64,000 nucleotides of DNA. It comes from Enoplolaimus lenunculus. Taxonomy: Eukaryota. Below are positions 12,971 to 26,947 of the stretch, piece after piece (position 1 is the stretch's first letter; each line of letters starts with the position of its first letter). Under the pieces are notes generated by a model, which saw only the letters and a program-made list of their open reading frames with translations, searched no databases and had not been told where the DNA came from. Location of the stretch: NCBI GenBank assembly GCA_030248215.1, contig JASANG010000273.1, positions 620,001 through 684,000 on the forward strand, written 5' to 3'. The position numbers and the translations under genes were made by a program.

Positions 12971-13220
12971 CACTGTAAAGTCCAGTGAGTCGACTATAAT
13001 GCAAAATGAGCTGAATCACTCAGTCCGAGTTAGGGCTATCAGAACTCACAATTCTGATTTGATTGAACTCATTCTGGATTAATTAATTAACTAGTCACCT
13101 CAACTCACAGAGAAAATCAACTCACAGAGAAAATCAACTCAACGTGAGTTAAAGTTTACTGTTAATGCAGAAATAACTAACTTTCCGCCTGTGTTGATTA
13201 ACTCATTGGAATTTACAGTG
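12971..13220. mobile_element. CAC-ended MITE (Transib-like or CMC/EnSpm-like)
   Basis: TIR CACTGTAAAGTCCAGTGAGT / ACTCATTGGAATTTACAGTG, flanked by TTGTT on both sides. A second copy starts at 63904 and runs off the window. Confidence 0.8.
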
Positions 13221-13258
13221 TTGTTTTAAGTATATTAACCAAAATTTACGTTGTGTTT

Positions 13259-13678
13259 GAAGCTTGACCTGATGGTCAATGCTTCCCACTTTAGAGTGCG
13301 CTGTCGCGTATAACATAGAAAATATTTATGCAGGAAAGAGTTCCGCTTGGTATAACCGAGAACTAGAATCAAGTGAATAGATTTTTAAGTGTTTCTGATT
13401 AGAATAATTATTAGTTATTAGAAAGTTTAAGGGGATTGCTGGAACAATATTGAATCGTTCATTAATCCTTTTGGCTTTCATAAAAGTATGAAGCTTGAGC
13501 TGATGGTCAATTCTTCCCACTTTAGAGTGCGCTGTCGCGTATAACATAGAAAATATTCATGCACGAAAGAGTTCAGCTTAGATTTTTAAGTGTTTGTGAT
13601 TAGAATAATTGTTATTAAAATGTTTAAGGGGATTACTGGAACAATATTGAATCGTACATAATGTTTTTGGCTTTCATA
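13259..13678. repeat. Tandem duplication, two copies, ~232-bp period
   Basis: AAGCTTGA(C/G)CTGATGGTCAAT..CCCACTTTAGAGTGCGCTGTCGCGTATAACATAG recurs at 13259 and 13491. The second copy has an internal deletion. Confidence 0.9.
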
Positions 13679-14166
13679 ACTACTTCCCTTATTTTTGTCC
13701 ACGAGTTTGCTTTGCTAAACCTTTAATTTAAGCGAATGTTTTCAAATTCAGTGTATTCAAAAAACAAAATTTTGATTATTGAAATTTTACTTACCAATTG
13801 ATGTAAAACATGCGCTCATCGCAGCATGAATATTTGTAAAATTTCACAAAAACTAGGACAACTACGTATTTAAACTACGTACTCGCTGGTCGATAGTGAA
13901 ATTGAAAAATTAAGTATGTCATACGTCTATGGAAAAGTATACAAGTTTAAACGTTAAATTGATTTTCAGACTCAACAATTTTGTGTCAAAAACAATCTAA
14001 ATATTGCTCATGTTCAGTGTCTCCGTTCACGGTCGCCTAGTAAAAACTGCGGCATACTATGGGAACACGAATACGGGGTGTGTAATAAGAGTGGACTCCA
14101 ATTTGAGTCCATATATCGCTAGCAGTCTGTATTGATTCCGTTAGTAGATAAAGCCCATAAGCCGTA

Positions 14167-14387
14167 GGCCCGTATTTTCAAATTTGTGTAGCGTCTATCA
14201 CCAGTTGATGATAGGTCTTGCACCATTCGAACCAGCGCATGTTGAGGTTCGAAATTCATCAAATTTTTCGCATTTGATTTGTCCTACATCTGTACAAATT
14301 TTTAGATCCGCAATTGCAGAGGTTCGTCAGTTTGAAAACCTATTGCTAAGTAGTAATAGATGCTATTCGCATTTGAGAATACGAGCC
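14167..14387. mobile_element. PIF/Harbinger-like MITE (GGCCCGTATTCTCAAATG family)
   Basis: TIR GGCCCGTATTTTCAAAT / ATTTGAGAATACGAGCC with GTA/TTA flanks. Fragments also lie near 4031, 6160, 17885, 31520, 44110 and 61235. Confidence 0.7.
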
Positions 14388-14777
14388 TTAATTTTAGAGC
14401 CCATAAAAGAGACTAAAACAAAAAAACAGCCTTGACTGGGTAAATATGTAACAGACACTCAGGCAACACGTATAAAATTTGCCTAATTCAGAGAAAACAT
14501 TGACGGACAACGCAATCACCAAATGGTTCAGAGCAAGTCAGTTCTGCCCTATACGAATAATTTACAAAAGAAGGGTGTTCGATTCAACAAACATGTGGCG
14601 AATTAAAAATAAATAACTCAGTCCGTAACCGAATGACAGGGGCCTCTCTGGAATCGCAAACTAAATATCAGTCCCCTTCTGATTCGGGTTACTACAGTAT
14701 GTATAACAAACTATGCGAACACTTAACGCGTTCCAAATTATTTTAACATAACATCATATAAATCCGTAAATGAGTTC

Positions 14778-14947
14778 GGCCAATGTTACTTTAAGAGCGT
14801 AACAGTAGATTAAGCGTATACCTTAAGCCTACGACTAAGCGTTACAAAAATGTGTTCCTAAGCCTAAGCAAAAATATTATTAGAATCTAAACCTATTCTT
14901 TTATAGACCCACCAGAAACCTGGACGCCCCTTAAAGTAACATGGGCC
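14778..14947. mobile_element. Complete GGCC-TIR MITE with internal degenerate telomeric (GCCTAA) repeats
   Basis: TIR GGCCAATGTTACTTTAAG / CTTAAAGTAACATGGGCC with an exact 8-bp TSD ATGAGTTC (14770-14777 and 14948-14955). Internal CCTAAGCCTAAGC. Confidence 0.9.
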
Positions 14948-15706
14948 ATGAGTTCTATGACACACACGTTATGTCTACGTCAGAATTTTACTAATCCAGA
15001 TAGTTATTATTTTGAGTATGCAATATTTTTAGTAACGCACCTTGTCACTTTTAAAATTTAAAATTTATATTTGAACGAATACAGCTTTTCATGATATCTT
15101 CGGGTTCCTTGTCGATGCGACCTCTACACAACTGTTGCCTAAAAGATCTTGAATTATTTTTTATCCCCAGGTAAAAAAACTCAAAATACGTACGACCTAT
15201 CTATACCATTAAACGATTTGTCAAAGCAAAATATATTTCAAACACTTCAATAAAATAGTAAAAATAGCTTTTTGATTCAAATTTTAAAAATAACAAGTCT
15301 CTCTCACGTTTCTCTCATTCTTTCTCGAAGTTTCATTGCTTTTATAGAGCGGCGTTTGCATACGGACCCAATATTTTGCTACTGCAGTCTAAAGTGTTGA
15401 AATTGCACTTTGCAATCTGTCTGCAAATTTGTATGAATAACATTTTACACGAAGGTCAAACATGTGAACGCAGTAGTATAGTATAGTATTTTGAAAAATA
15501 ATTTAAAAGAATCTATCAGTGAATTTTGAAGGTAGGTGTCTCAAACGGGCTTGATGCTACGCCGTCCACCAATATAGCCAAAGCCACAGCTAAAGGTGCC
15601 ATCTAATGCGATCCGACAAGGAAACCACTTGTTGCGATAATTGTATGTAAGTGCAAATATTGTCACGTGCATTCCTATTTGCCTTAGTACGACATTTATT
15701 GTAAAT

Positions 15707-15775
15707 AACCACGTGGTGTAATACTTATGCGTGGCTGGACCGCAAGAACTTTGAGGTTCAATTCTCGGCGTGGTT
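15707..15775 (+). pseudogene. Degenerate tRNA-derived sequence
   Basis: Perfect 7-bp acceptor stem AACCACG/CGTGGTT, A-box-like TGGTGTAAT and B-box GGTTCAATTC. The anticodon arm does not pair. Confidence 0.35.
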
Positions 15776-18700
15776 CTAAAACTGTTGGCAAAACTTCTGA
15801 GATGGATTGTCTCTGCCGACGCGATCCACGTAGTTCTTATATATATTTAGAACGATATCTTCAATACGATCACGCACTAAATAAGAAAACACAAATTTAA
15901 AGCCGTGATTGCGGAGATATACGCTCGCGCTCTACGTATAATTTCGCTTACAATTGGCAAATTGCTCATAGTTTGCTCTGTGTGAGAACGGCTTACAAAC
16001 AATTATTCAATTTTTCCTAAAGTTTATTTGCATATATACAAAATACGAAATGTAACAATACATAGCATTGAAAATATCGACTAGATTTTAACGCATCTGA
16101 ATATATGTTTTGAGGTCAAATTTCATACTGCTATGAAAACAGTATCTAGGTCACTCAAGCTTAATAGAAATTTACAAACAATGAAATAAAGTTGGATTCT
16201 CAAAAATTTTGCAGTCAAAATTAAATTTCTAAAATTAGTTTTTACGGCTTGCTAGAGCTAACAGTGAACTAAAAAAATAGCGAAGTTTAGATGTTATACT
16301 TGAAACTAAAGAAGTGAGCTGGGGTTGGTGTTTAAATAATACCATTTGCGCAAACAACATTCAGGACGGTCTAAAACCTAAGCCTAGTCCTATTGCATAA
16401 AGTTTTGGTCTAGGCCTAAAATGAGTCAAAGCCGAACTCAAAGCCGATGCTTAACGATAACTCTATATAAGTCTAAGTAAGCTTAGTCAATTGAGGTTCC
16501 ACGGACAACTTGTCTGTTAAGTAACAGCGGTCGCGATTGAAACAAAATCATGGCCAAGTCCATGATTTCAAGTCTGGAAGTGTTAAATTTTCAAGCTATT
16601 CTACAATCTTCAAATCAACATAAAAGTCATGAAAGTGAAGTTCAGAAGACAAAATGTACAATATAATAGAAAAATCCGAAATTTTGCAAATATATTTATA
16701 TATGCATATACAAATGTGCCCAATTTCTATTCGGAAATCAATTTTGAAATGCTTTTAATCCAGCCATTACAGAGCGTTTTCTCTAATAGTTCTAAAATAT
16801 AAGAGATCTAACGATTTAGAACTAAAAACAAACAATTCTCAAACAAATATAACAATTATTGAATTGAGTTTGAGAGACACAATAAAATGTTTTTTTAAAA
16901 CTTCAACAAAATCAACGGGTCTGACGGTCGTCATTGCCTGATAAAAGTGAGTTCTAAGTATTTTTATACGTCAAAGCCTAAAAATTCAGACAATGAATAG
17001 ATTATTTAAAAATATCTTAAACGATCAGATTTATTGCGCAGAAACTTTGTGTTAAAGAATTCAAATATGGAAACACTGATCAACCGGTCGAGGTCCATGT
17101 TTAATTGCAGCTGCCTGCCCACTGGGAGAGAAAGTGTCTAGTGGACTTAATTTTTGGTACGTTTAGGCTTATGGGTTAGGCTTATATTTTATGTATAGGT
17201 TTTTAAGGCTTAGGTTTTGGTTTACACTTTGGTTTTGGCTTGCATTTAGGCTTAGGTTTTAGTAATCAGGACCCTATTAGTTAATATGGGTCAATGTATT
17301 GTGCGCTAGTGTCTCAGATAAGCTCAGCATAAGAATAGCGAGATTGCTACGTTTTTGTTTAGGCAGATAATAGTTGGTTAATTCAAACGAAACGAACAGG
17401 ATCAACTGCAAATCTGAAATATTGCAAAGTGGTGAGGTTAATAACAAAAAAATGTGCTAAGTTTCGAAGCCCATTGTTCAATTGTTTGAACATTTGCGTC
17501 AACTAGAATTTAACTGGTGATACGTGCTACTCGCTTCTTAGAATACTGGCTAAGGACAACCAAAAATATATTAAACTTAGAACGGGGGGTTGCCGGATCC
17601 ATGATCTTTAATGGTTGGGGATAATGCTTTAACATGGGCTTGAAAATTTTACAAGTTTTAAAGCGTTTTTGCAATTTCGATATGGTACGCGTTAATATAT
17701 ATTGCACCAAACGTGCAAAGTTTATGAATTAGCCCGATCCCTCCTGGATCCGAGAGACTGCAAAGACGTTACCTATTCGGCGAAAACTAAAATCATAAGG
17801 GTGGTCACGTACTAAAAAGAGTTTATCTGTTTGCGTTTGAATTATAGTCAAATAATTGTTTTAGTGGTAATTCTAAGTTAAACAGGGCCCATATTCTCAC
17901 ATTATACATATGCGTATAACAATCTTCAATAGTTAGCGATAGATTTTCAAACTGACGAACTTCTGCACATGGATTTATGTGTGAACCTCAGATCAAATAC
18001 CTCAATCTAAACCTACATATCAATTAAAATTTTGAATATACACATTTATTAGGAACTGGGTTGGAACCGACACGGTTTTTACGACTGCGGCTGGTCCGGG
18101 ATCGGCCTGCATGGGCTCAGACCTGTAAATTTAATACCGGCTTGGAATAGAAAACAAAACACAAAACAAACTAATAAAGATGATACTAATTTTCGTACGG
18201 AAAACTCCCCTTCGTAGTTTTTATAGATGATAACCCACGTTTCCAAAATCCTTGCAATGCCATAATCGCAGTATCTGTGAAAACTGAAAATTGATAGGAA
18301 CTAAGGTTCAAAAATACGTATCCCACTTTTAACACAATTTCAAGCCAACGAGCCATTTCATCGGTTGATCAAACAGAAGAAGGTTACACGCTATAGATCA
18401 TGCATTGGCCAAAGCGTTCAGCGATGCAAAACGACTGATAGAGCTTTTATTGCTTTGTTACCAAATTTACGCTTAGGTTTGGGATAATGACAATGGTAGG
18501 CTACGTCTAAGCATGAGCATAAGCATTAAGTCTATCAAATCTATGCCTAAGCTCTAATCTTAAATGTATGGGAAGACAACAACAGCAAAGGCGAAAAAAT
18601 AATATTGCTCATGTAGCGGCACAATACAGTTTACGCGCCTGAAATTGATAATGCGCATAGCAAAATTTATTTACGGCATAATGTATGTTCAACACAAGGA

Positions 18701-18972
18701 AATACATTTATGTATAAGTGTATATATATATACATATATCATATTATACTTCTGCAATATATTTAATATTTTAAAACCTTTTAAAATTGTCTAAAAATAC
18801 AAATATTGAACGGTTAAAATATATTTTAAATACAGTCAACGAATACGGCCTATACAGTATGAGTGCGGTGAATAGTAGTGGGATGGTAGAACAAGACAAC
18901 GGGAATGAAGCGAGTAAAAAGCGTTTCCCAAGGACAAATCACAGTTTATATCCCAGTATCGCAGCCTGCATT

Positions 18973-19020
18973 CGTTGTTGTTGCTGTTGCTGTCGTCGTC
19001 GTTGTTGTTGTTGTTGTTAT
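18973..19020. repeat. Compound (TTG)/(CTG)/(TCG) trinucleotide microsatellite
   Basis: Directly visible. Confidence 0.9.
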
Positions 19021-19944
19021 TCGTATTTACACTTCAACTGCAATTTTTTACATATACGTAAATATTGTTAGTTGCGCGAGTGAATACAATATGAGGAGCG
19101 CATACTAGAGGGATACATCGATCGTATAATATATGGACAGAAAAAAATGCAATTTTATAGCCTTTAGTAGAAATTTACTGGAGCTAATAGATCAAAACTA
19201 CGTCTTGGACGATGAGTTGGTTCACAAACACCTTGTTCTATTAAAGTGTATACCCAACCGAAATAAAATGTGAGCCACGTCTCTTGTGCTTAGTTTAGTG
19301 AGACAACAGATTGCGTACGTACACAACTGTAACAAAACGAGCAATAATTTTGTTATATTTTCGTTAAAATTTAACGTTTTTTGTTTACTCTCTGTTTATT
19401 CGAATTTTCGCGACTTGAAAATTTAAATTTATTGACCCCTGTTGAAAGTTTTGGACAGGGACTGAATCTTTATGAACAGGGGCTGAATCTAATGTAGCTT
19501 TTGCGTTGTATATCTCAGCTATGCGCTTATTTTATTATCTTGTTCTAAAATTATATTTTCAAATTTAAGCATTGCGTAGATATTAAACGCAAAACGTTTT
19601 TGAATCCGTGATATATCCGCGACGGTATTCTACAACTAGTGGCAGTTCCTGAATTTCCCCGTAGAGGATTCTATTTGCGTTTTAAAATTTTACAGATTTC
19701 AAACAGGCTCGTAACCAGCGCACCTCGCAAGGAGGGGGGCTAAAAATTTTGAGGAACGACATACAAGGGTTTTCGTTGACTACAAGACACGTTAAAAATT
19801 TAAAAAATTCTTGTGAGGCCAAAATTTTCCACGGAAACTGAGCTTCCCCTGGCCCTTTTCAAAGCGTATGTGACAAATATTTAGACATTTTAACATTCGC
19901 CAACTGCGCCCAAAAAGCAAACTTCAGCTTGAACCCGTGTTGTG

Positions 19945-20438
19945 CTGTAATGACCCGAATAACAAGGGGCTGATATTTATTTGGCCTAGCCAAAGGGTAC
20001 CCCCTGGTATTTGGTTCCGGACTGTTATTTATTTTTAACCCGCCCTCTGCCGCCTTTTGTTAGTTGGACCTAACATCCATGAATTAAACGTTTATTTGCC
20101 TTGTGTCAATAGCTTGAGCGGTAATACAAGGTTAAACTTAAGAATGTTCTTTCAAAACTTAAGTACGCTTTAAAGTTTTGAAATCAACTGTATTTGGTGC
20201 TGGAGTCATTTATGCACTACAGTTAGGAATAATTGATATTTATGGACTCTAATTAGGGTTTAAGGACTCTATCCACTTACGGACTCTTATTAGGAATACG
20301 AACTCTTATTAATTGGAACTCAAAATGGGAACCCCCCTCTTATTACCCCCTCTTGTTCAGGTCACTATAGTAACAGTGGGAACCGTCTCGAGAGTCCAAA
20401 TAAATATCAGTCCTCCACTTTTATTCGGATCACTACAG
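19945..20438. mobile_element. Tc1/mariner-pogo(Tc2)-like MITE
   Basis: Ends CTGTAATGACCCGAATAA / TTATTCGGATCACTACAG followed by TA. Related single ends at 24831-24940 (preceded by TA) and, inverted, 14603-14697 (followed by TA). Confidence 0.7.
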
Positions 20439-23400
20439 TATCAAACACATTGTGATCTTGATAAACGATGTGCATACAGCAGCTAGGCTTAGGAATATGC
20501 TTATACTACTGTTACACCCTGTTCTATACATTGGTCTTTATTTTTATAGCTAAACGTAGGATAATAAAACCATTAGGTATATAATACTTTAACTAATGCT
20601 CAGATTCACTTAAACACATAAACATAACTCAGTGTTGCACAAAAAATTCCACAGGCATAAATCTGTTAATATTAAAATTTGTCTTCTTTAACCAGAAAAA
20701 CAATTTGGTTCAAAAGTGACACGCACCGAAAGTCTTGCACCGCAGTCGATCAAAAAACGTTCTGCCCAAACAATCTTCTCCCATAAAGTCACAATGATTT
20801 CTACAATATACGACGTACATATATGTTGTGATTAATAAATAAATACTTTTTACCGAAGAAATTTATTCAGTAAAAGTTTTTAATTTAAAATTTTTTTTGT
20901 GAAAATTTCAAATATTAACCAATATATTGTTGGTATCGATCAGATGTCGTGAAATTGATTTTTGACAGCGTTTTTTACTCCGGTAGAAACAATCCCATCT
21001 TAAAATGGTACAGCGAACAGATCCACGATCAATGATAATTCACTAAAAGTATAGATAGTATATTTCACAAATTAAGCAACAAGTTTGCAGCCCAGGGGGG
21101 TGTAGTCAACGTTAAATTATAAAGAGGGTACCCTGGTCAGCGTTGGAAAAATACGGTATGTACCAGAGGGCAAACCGGGACAAAAACCTGGGGGGAACAC
21201 GAGAGAAACCAAGATAATCAATAAAAATGAAGTGGAAGTGTTCAATTTTAATAATTTGCGTTCTTGTGTTGCGAAAATTTGGTTTTAAAATCTCTTGAAA
21301 TATCAGTAATGCATAGCGCAACCATTAGGCTTCGAAATTTAATGTCATTTCTAAAAACAGTGCATGTACCTGATGTACGGGATAAATAAGTTTCAACTGT
21401 AACATATAGCTTTATTATTATTATACACATCCGAGCTACGATCTGGACATCCAGCCAAAAGAGTAGATCCTGGTAGCTTGACCAGGGAAACTTGAACTCC
21501 ATCTACCTGGCCCATTAGCTTAGCCAGCATTTTTGAAAGAAGAAAGCTTACCTTTTATATATATAAATTTCGAAGTGGTTGCTTATGATGCAATCAGAAA
21601 TCGTGTCTATATTCCCGTAAACAAAATTCCTAAAGGGAATGGTTGGACCCTTGAACCCAACGATTACGCCTTTGACCTGACCACGTCAAAATTCTAAATA
21701 TTTTCATTGGATATGTATATTAAACTCCCATAAATCACCTGTAGGTAGTATGTGATTAAGTTCTTGGTTCTGAGTTTGTCAACAGTCCTTCCTTATCGGA
21801 TGGAAGTGGAAAGCGACCGCCCACCACTGGCATCACCTCTGAACCTGTGTCCAAGTCCCACGGAGTACAGAGTAAAACATCATTATCATATAAAAGTTGG
21901 TTATTAAATATTGTGATTAGCTGCCTTTTATTTCTACCAAACAAATTTGATAGGTTACTATTACCATTCAGCAATATGTGGCTTGGAAAAACGGGCCAAA
22001 ATTCTTTATAAAAAAAGTGACGTCATGATCGAAATTTAAATCAGAGATCATCAGGTACTGCTACGGTATACCATGACCATTCCACCCCGTTCGTTTCACG
22101 TTTTTTATTAGAGTATCGCTTATCGTATAAATATTACGGCGCGACTTGCAGAATTTGTACAATAGTATTAATGTATTTAACATAATTATAAATTGTAGTA
22201 TCTAATTTGTTTACAAGAAATAAAGAGCTTAGCGATATGTAATAGTGAAAAAGTTCACCAGCGAAACAAGCGAGAAGCCAAGCACAATTTTAGTACTCAA
22301 ATCTTAATATGAAATTTAAGTTCTGATTTGTGCTAGGAAAGTCCATGGCCTTGTCGGTTTCGTTCGTATAACAGCTCAATGTGTATGAAATAACGTGTGG
22401 TTGTTTCACAAGCCTTAACAAAAGATTATTTTTAGTGTACTAAATGTAGGCAAAATGTCGCGTGACACGGTAGTGGTTTTAGCATATATAAACCTCTTAT
22501 AAAACTATAAACAAGATTTACTGTAAATAAATCGTTGCAATTTCGTACACTAAATTTTTTGTGTTTTGTCGCAAAAGAAACAAAGAAATATATACGTAAA
22601 ATATAGATATACTCTCCTCGTGCCAGCTACCGATAACGCTGAATATCTCGAGTCCTATCTTTCTATTATAGTGAAAATATCTGTGTAAAATGTTAAAAAA
22701 ACTAAAAATATAAAAAATAAGTAAATAATATAGATTTAGTTAGAAAATAAATACATTTACAGAAAAACGTCTACAAGACAATAAAGTCAGAGCCGCAACT
22801 ATGAGGAGGGGGCAGGAGGGTGCTGTGTGCTGCCGTTCGCCACGGACATCTTTGGTCTCACTTACGTTAAAATTTTATCCACCGCATTAATGTAATTGTG
22901 TATTAGTAAAATTTTTTCTTGCATCTGTAATTAATGTGTTTGCGTCTTTTGCTAATGATTCTTGGATTGCGGGGCTGCGCCAATCAGAGACTTGTGTTGA
23001 ACTCCAAAAAGTTTACTTAACGTTTTAGAGTCATAGACACGACATTAATAACAACTGTTTCAAAAATCACGCTAAATCGTTTTGCACTGTTGAAGGGTGG
23101 TAGCCGAGAGGATCGGGCAGACCATGAACCGCTTCGACCCAGCCAAAATAATTGTATCCTTTAACTTAGATGCTTATTCACTGAGGGTGAGATTTTGCAA
23201 CTGTTCTAAGCATAACATTGTCCTTGCTTAATGAAAGCCACTGAGCAGATCAGCGCCGTACCCAACGCGGGCACAAGGCTTTAAAACTTTGAACCTACTC
23301 TAGGTTTAAGTTAGAAATGTTTGAGCTATTGCCTAAGCCTAAGACTACGACGTTAAATACGTTGAGAGAAACAAAAAAATCGTAAACTAACAAAAACTTC

Positions 23401-26400
23401 AAACTCTGAGCGACTTTATTCAACCTAGATTTACCCGCCCTTCTTTAAATGACAAATTCTGCATCTGCCACTACATGGACTTATTAATATATCTGCCTTA
23501 AAACAGCGGGTTGTTAATTTAATACAGAAAATTTGAAAATCACAGTCGACAGCTGCATCCGCCTCCTAAATGAGCTGGAACATTGGATGTAAAATGTAAT
23601 AAGAAATAACGTTAACTTAGTGTTATACGTTTGCCAACACCGCAACCAATAGTTGCTAGACGGCGCAAGAAGACGCCACCAGAGAAGTAAAAAATTTTCA
23701 TAGCAGAATTGCCTCAATATAGTTGCTGGCTCAGTTTAACGGTGAAAACTTACAAGAAATATAGTTTTACAGTAAAATATATACCCAAAAATAATTGCGT
23801 TGATGAAATGCCGCTAATATTAATATTGGCAATCGGATTTTTAACCAAACATTTCTATGCCTTAAAATTTTAAAATTTTAATGTTTTTGATTTTTTCCGA
23901 ATTTTTTAACCACGCCGGGTAGCCAGCAAATCAAAACGTTGCATTAATATGTGTTTAAGTATATATCCCCATGAATAGAACTGTCTCAAACTAAATCTAC
24001 GGGTAAACAACTGGACAGCATGCGAAACTATGTTTTAAGCTTAAAGCAAACGCCTAAGCAAGGTCTACGATATTGTTCGGGTAATGTTCTCTATGTGCAA
24101 ACAGCAAACTAAATATAGAATCCAATTAAAATGAATCAAAACCTGCTGCGCTTAGTGGCGGATCCTGAAGTTTTGACGGCGGAGGAACGTAATAGTTAAA
24201 GAACTGGCGAACCTAACGAACGAGAAGACAAATGCAATTTGAGTACAAAATTCTAGCACAAAATTTTGGCTTTTCCTGTCACAGGCCAAGCTTGTAGGCC
24301 GCGCTCCCTTGGATCGCAATTGTGTGCGCCATTAAAATTGAAAAACACAAAATTTAAATATTAATCCAAATATAGCATCAAAAATATCATAAATTTTACA
24401 GAAAGTAATATATATGACAAGGTCAAGTATTAATCTTTCGTGTATACTTTTAATATTCAAAAACAAATCAAAATAGTGAAATAAAATTACGCACGGACGT
24501 GTATATATTCTAAGGGGAGTATTAAAAGTGTGAAAATAAACCCATTTGTCATTTTAATGATTTTCCTCAATCATGATGCAGACAAGTATATTATGAAATG
24601 CATAGAGGACATTGCACCATACGCTCCAGCAGCAGTCATGGTATAGAGTGCATATGCTTTTACAGCTGACAGGTATATGAAAACGGATACATATATATGA
24701 AATTTACTGAAGTTCAGATTGCAACCGGAATTTCGGTTCCGGCATGTATGTTTTTACTGGAATTAAAAAGTCCGATATTAAATTCTGGTCAGAGGAAACT
24801 AAAACATTATACTAAACAAATTACGATATACTGTAGTGACCCGAATAAGAGAGGGGGGACTGATAGTTATTTGGCCTCTCCAGAGGGTACCCCCCTTGTT
24901 ATTCGGTTACGGACTGTTATTTATTTTTAACAAACGCTTCGCCGCCCTTCGTTACTGATGTATATCCGGTACTGCAATTATCCGTTCAATTTGTTTTATT
25001 TGTCCTGTTTCAACAGCTTGAGTGATATCGGTTCAATACAGTAACTTAAAAACTTAAATATATAGATTTCATTATTAATATAGTTATGAAGAAACCTTGA
25101 CAATCACCAAAAATGAACCATCGAAGGTGAGATTTCGATTCCATGCATAATGAAACTGTAAAATACAGCAGATTAAAGTAAATACCTATCTTCAACTGGG
25201 GTTATTCACTAAAATATATAGAAAAAAGAGTTTCGATAATTTTTTTAAAGTCCGGTCCGGTAAATTATAATTCCGGTGGCACCCTTATATGTGTGCGTGT
25301 ATATCGTCCCGCCCCTGGATCCGCTTATACCGTAAAACGCAGTGCACTAGCATACCAAAACCTTTACAGCAAACATAACTTATTGCTCATGCGCATTAAA
25401 GATATTGCAAAAACTGATTCTGTAAAAAATACCATTCATTTATTCAAATCTCTTTCTTATATTTTTTACAAATCGCAATAAAAAATTTGCACATCATTAT
25501 CGTCGTCTGGCTGGGGCTGGTATGAACACGTGCAATATTAAAGACCATTAGCGAACATAAAATGTTGTAAAAAATAACCAAAATTTTTAAACGAGAGTAC
25601 CAATATAAACTGTCGTTAAAGCTAGTGATGGGTGTAAAATATATTACATCCGAAAATATGACAATTCTTGCCCCGTCTTCGATAAATCGGATCTGTGGTG
25701 CAAAAGCATGCGCTGGAGCACGCTTTTTTGTTTTGTGAACTGGAATTTTTTTGATCATAAATAGAAAATTTGGAAAATAGTAAAGGTTCCAACCTTGTTT
25801 AATAGTAAATTCTGAATCCAAAAATCAATCAGACACCGGTCTAGGTTACTTATATCGAGTATTACTATAGTACACGCATATTTCTAGCTGTACTAAGCTG
25901 GCCAACTTAATATGAGAGCCGTGACGCTCATAGTGGGCCCAAACATCGGTGCACTTTCTAAATGCGGATACGTTTGCTCAATGGAAGCAACAAAACACAT
26001 TTATTACAACGAACCAGTAAAATATACAATAGGTTTCAGTTTAAGAGCTAATGGAGCATCCGCGTTATACTGCACGCGCTACTGCAAAAAATCTCAGGGT
26101 CTGAATAAGGCCCGACGGCGTTTTAACACACTATTACGAGAAGACTATAAAGTATAGTCCCTAACGAGGACATAAGGACATATTGAACTGTGTTCATATA
26201 GCATCGCAAACATACATAATAGTAAACACAAATGCATATATACACATTGCGCTTAATTTTTTACCTTTTGTCCCGATTCCCTTCGGACAGTGTCGGGACA
26301 ATTAATAGTGTCTACATAAAAAGCATAAAATTGTACCTACACGCTAGTTGCAGCTTCGATTTGTACACAGATTCCTACCGGGTGGTTGGACAAATATTTA

Positions 26401-26947
26401 CATTAGCGCGCATTATAAGGTGGATGACCCATAAGTTATAACTTATAAATCCTTAAGTATTTTATTTAGCACTCTAGGTTGATCTCTGTTTCAAATTCTT
26501 TGACAAATTTAATTCAAAATAGTTCCTGTTGCAAAGTGAACTTTTTGTGGCTTTTGTAATGCTCATACCCGGATACGGCATTATACACACAAAAACACAA
26601 TACAGCATCTTATATAACATCGAACAAATTACACTACGTTTCAAAGCTAGCACTTAAACTAAACTTCCAAACTCGTCTTTTTAATAGTTATAAAGCACAT
26701 AAAACTGAAGGCGAAAGGTTCTCACCCACAGAAATTAAATCATTATTTTGTAATCTTTGAAAGTATGTAGCTATTGACATTTACATGTTTCTAAAGTCTG
26801 AGCAGATGCCGGTACTGGCATGTATGAAAACCTATTACTAACCATCCGGTGATGGGTGCTACACACTGCTGAGAAACCATCAGCTAGTGCCGCAGTTATT
26901 ATATTCAAAACTTTAGAATCCGAATTATAATAATGCCAACAACCGTG

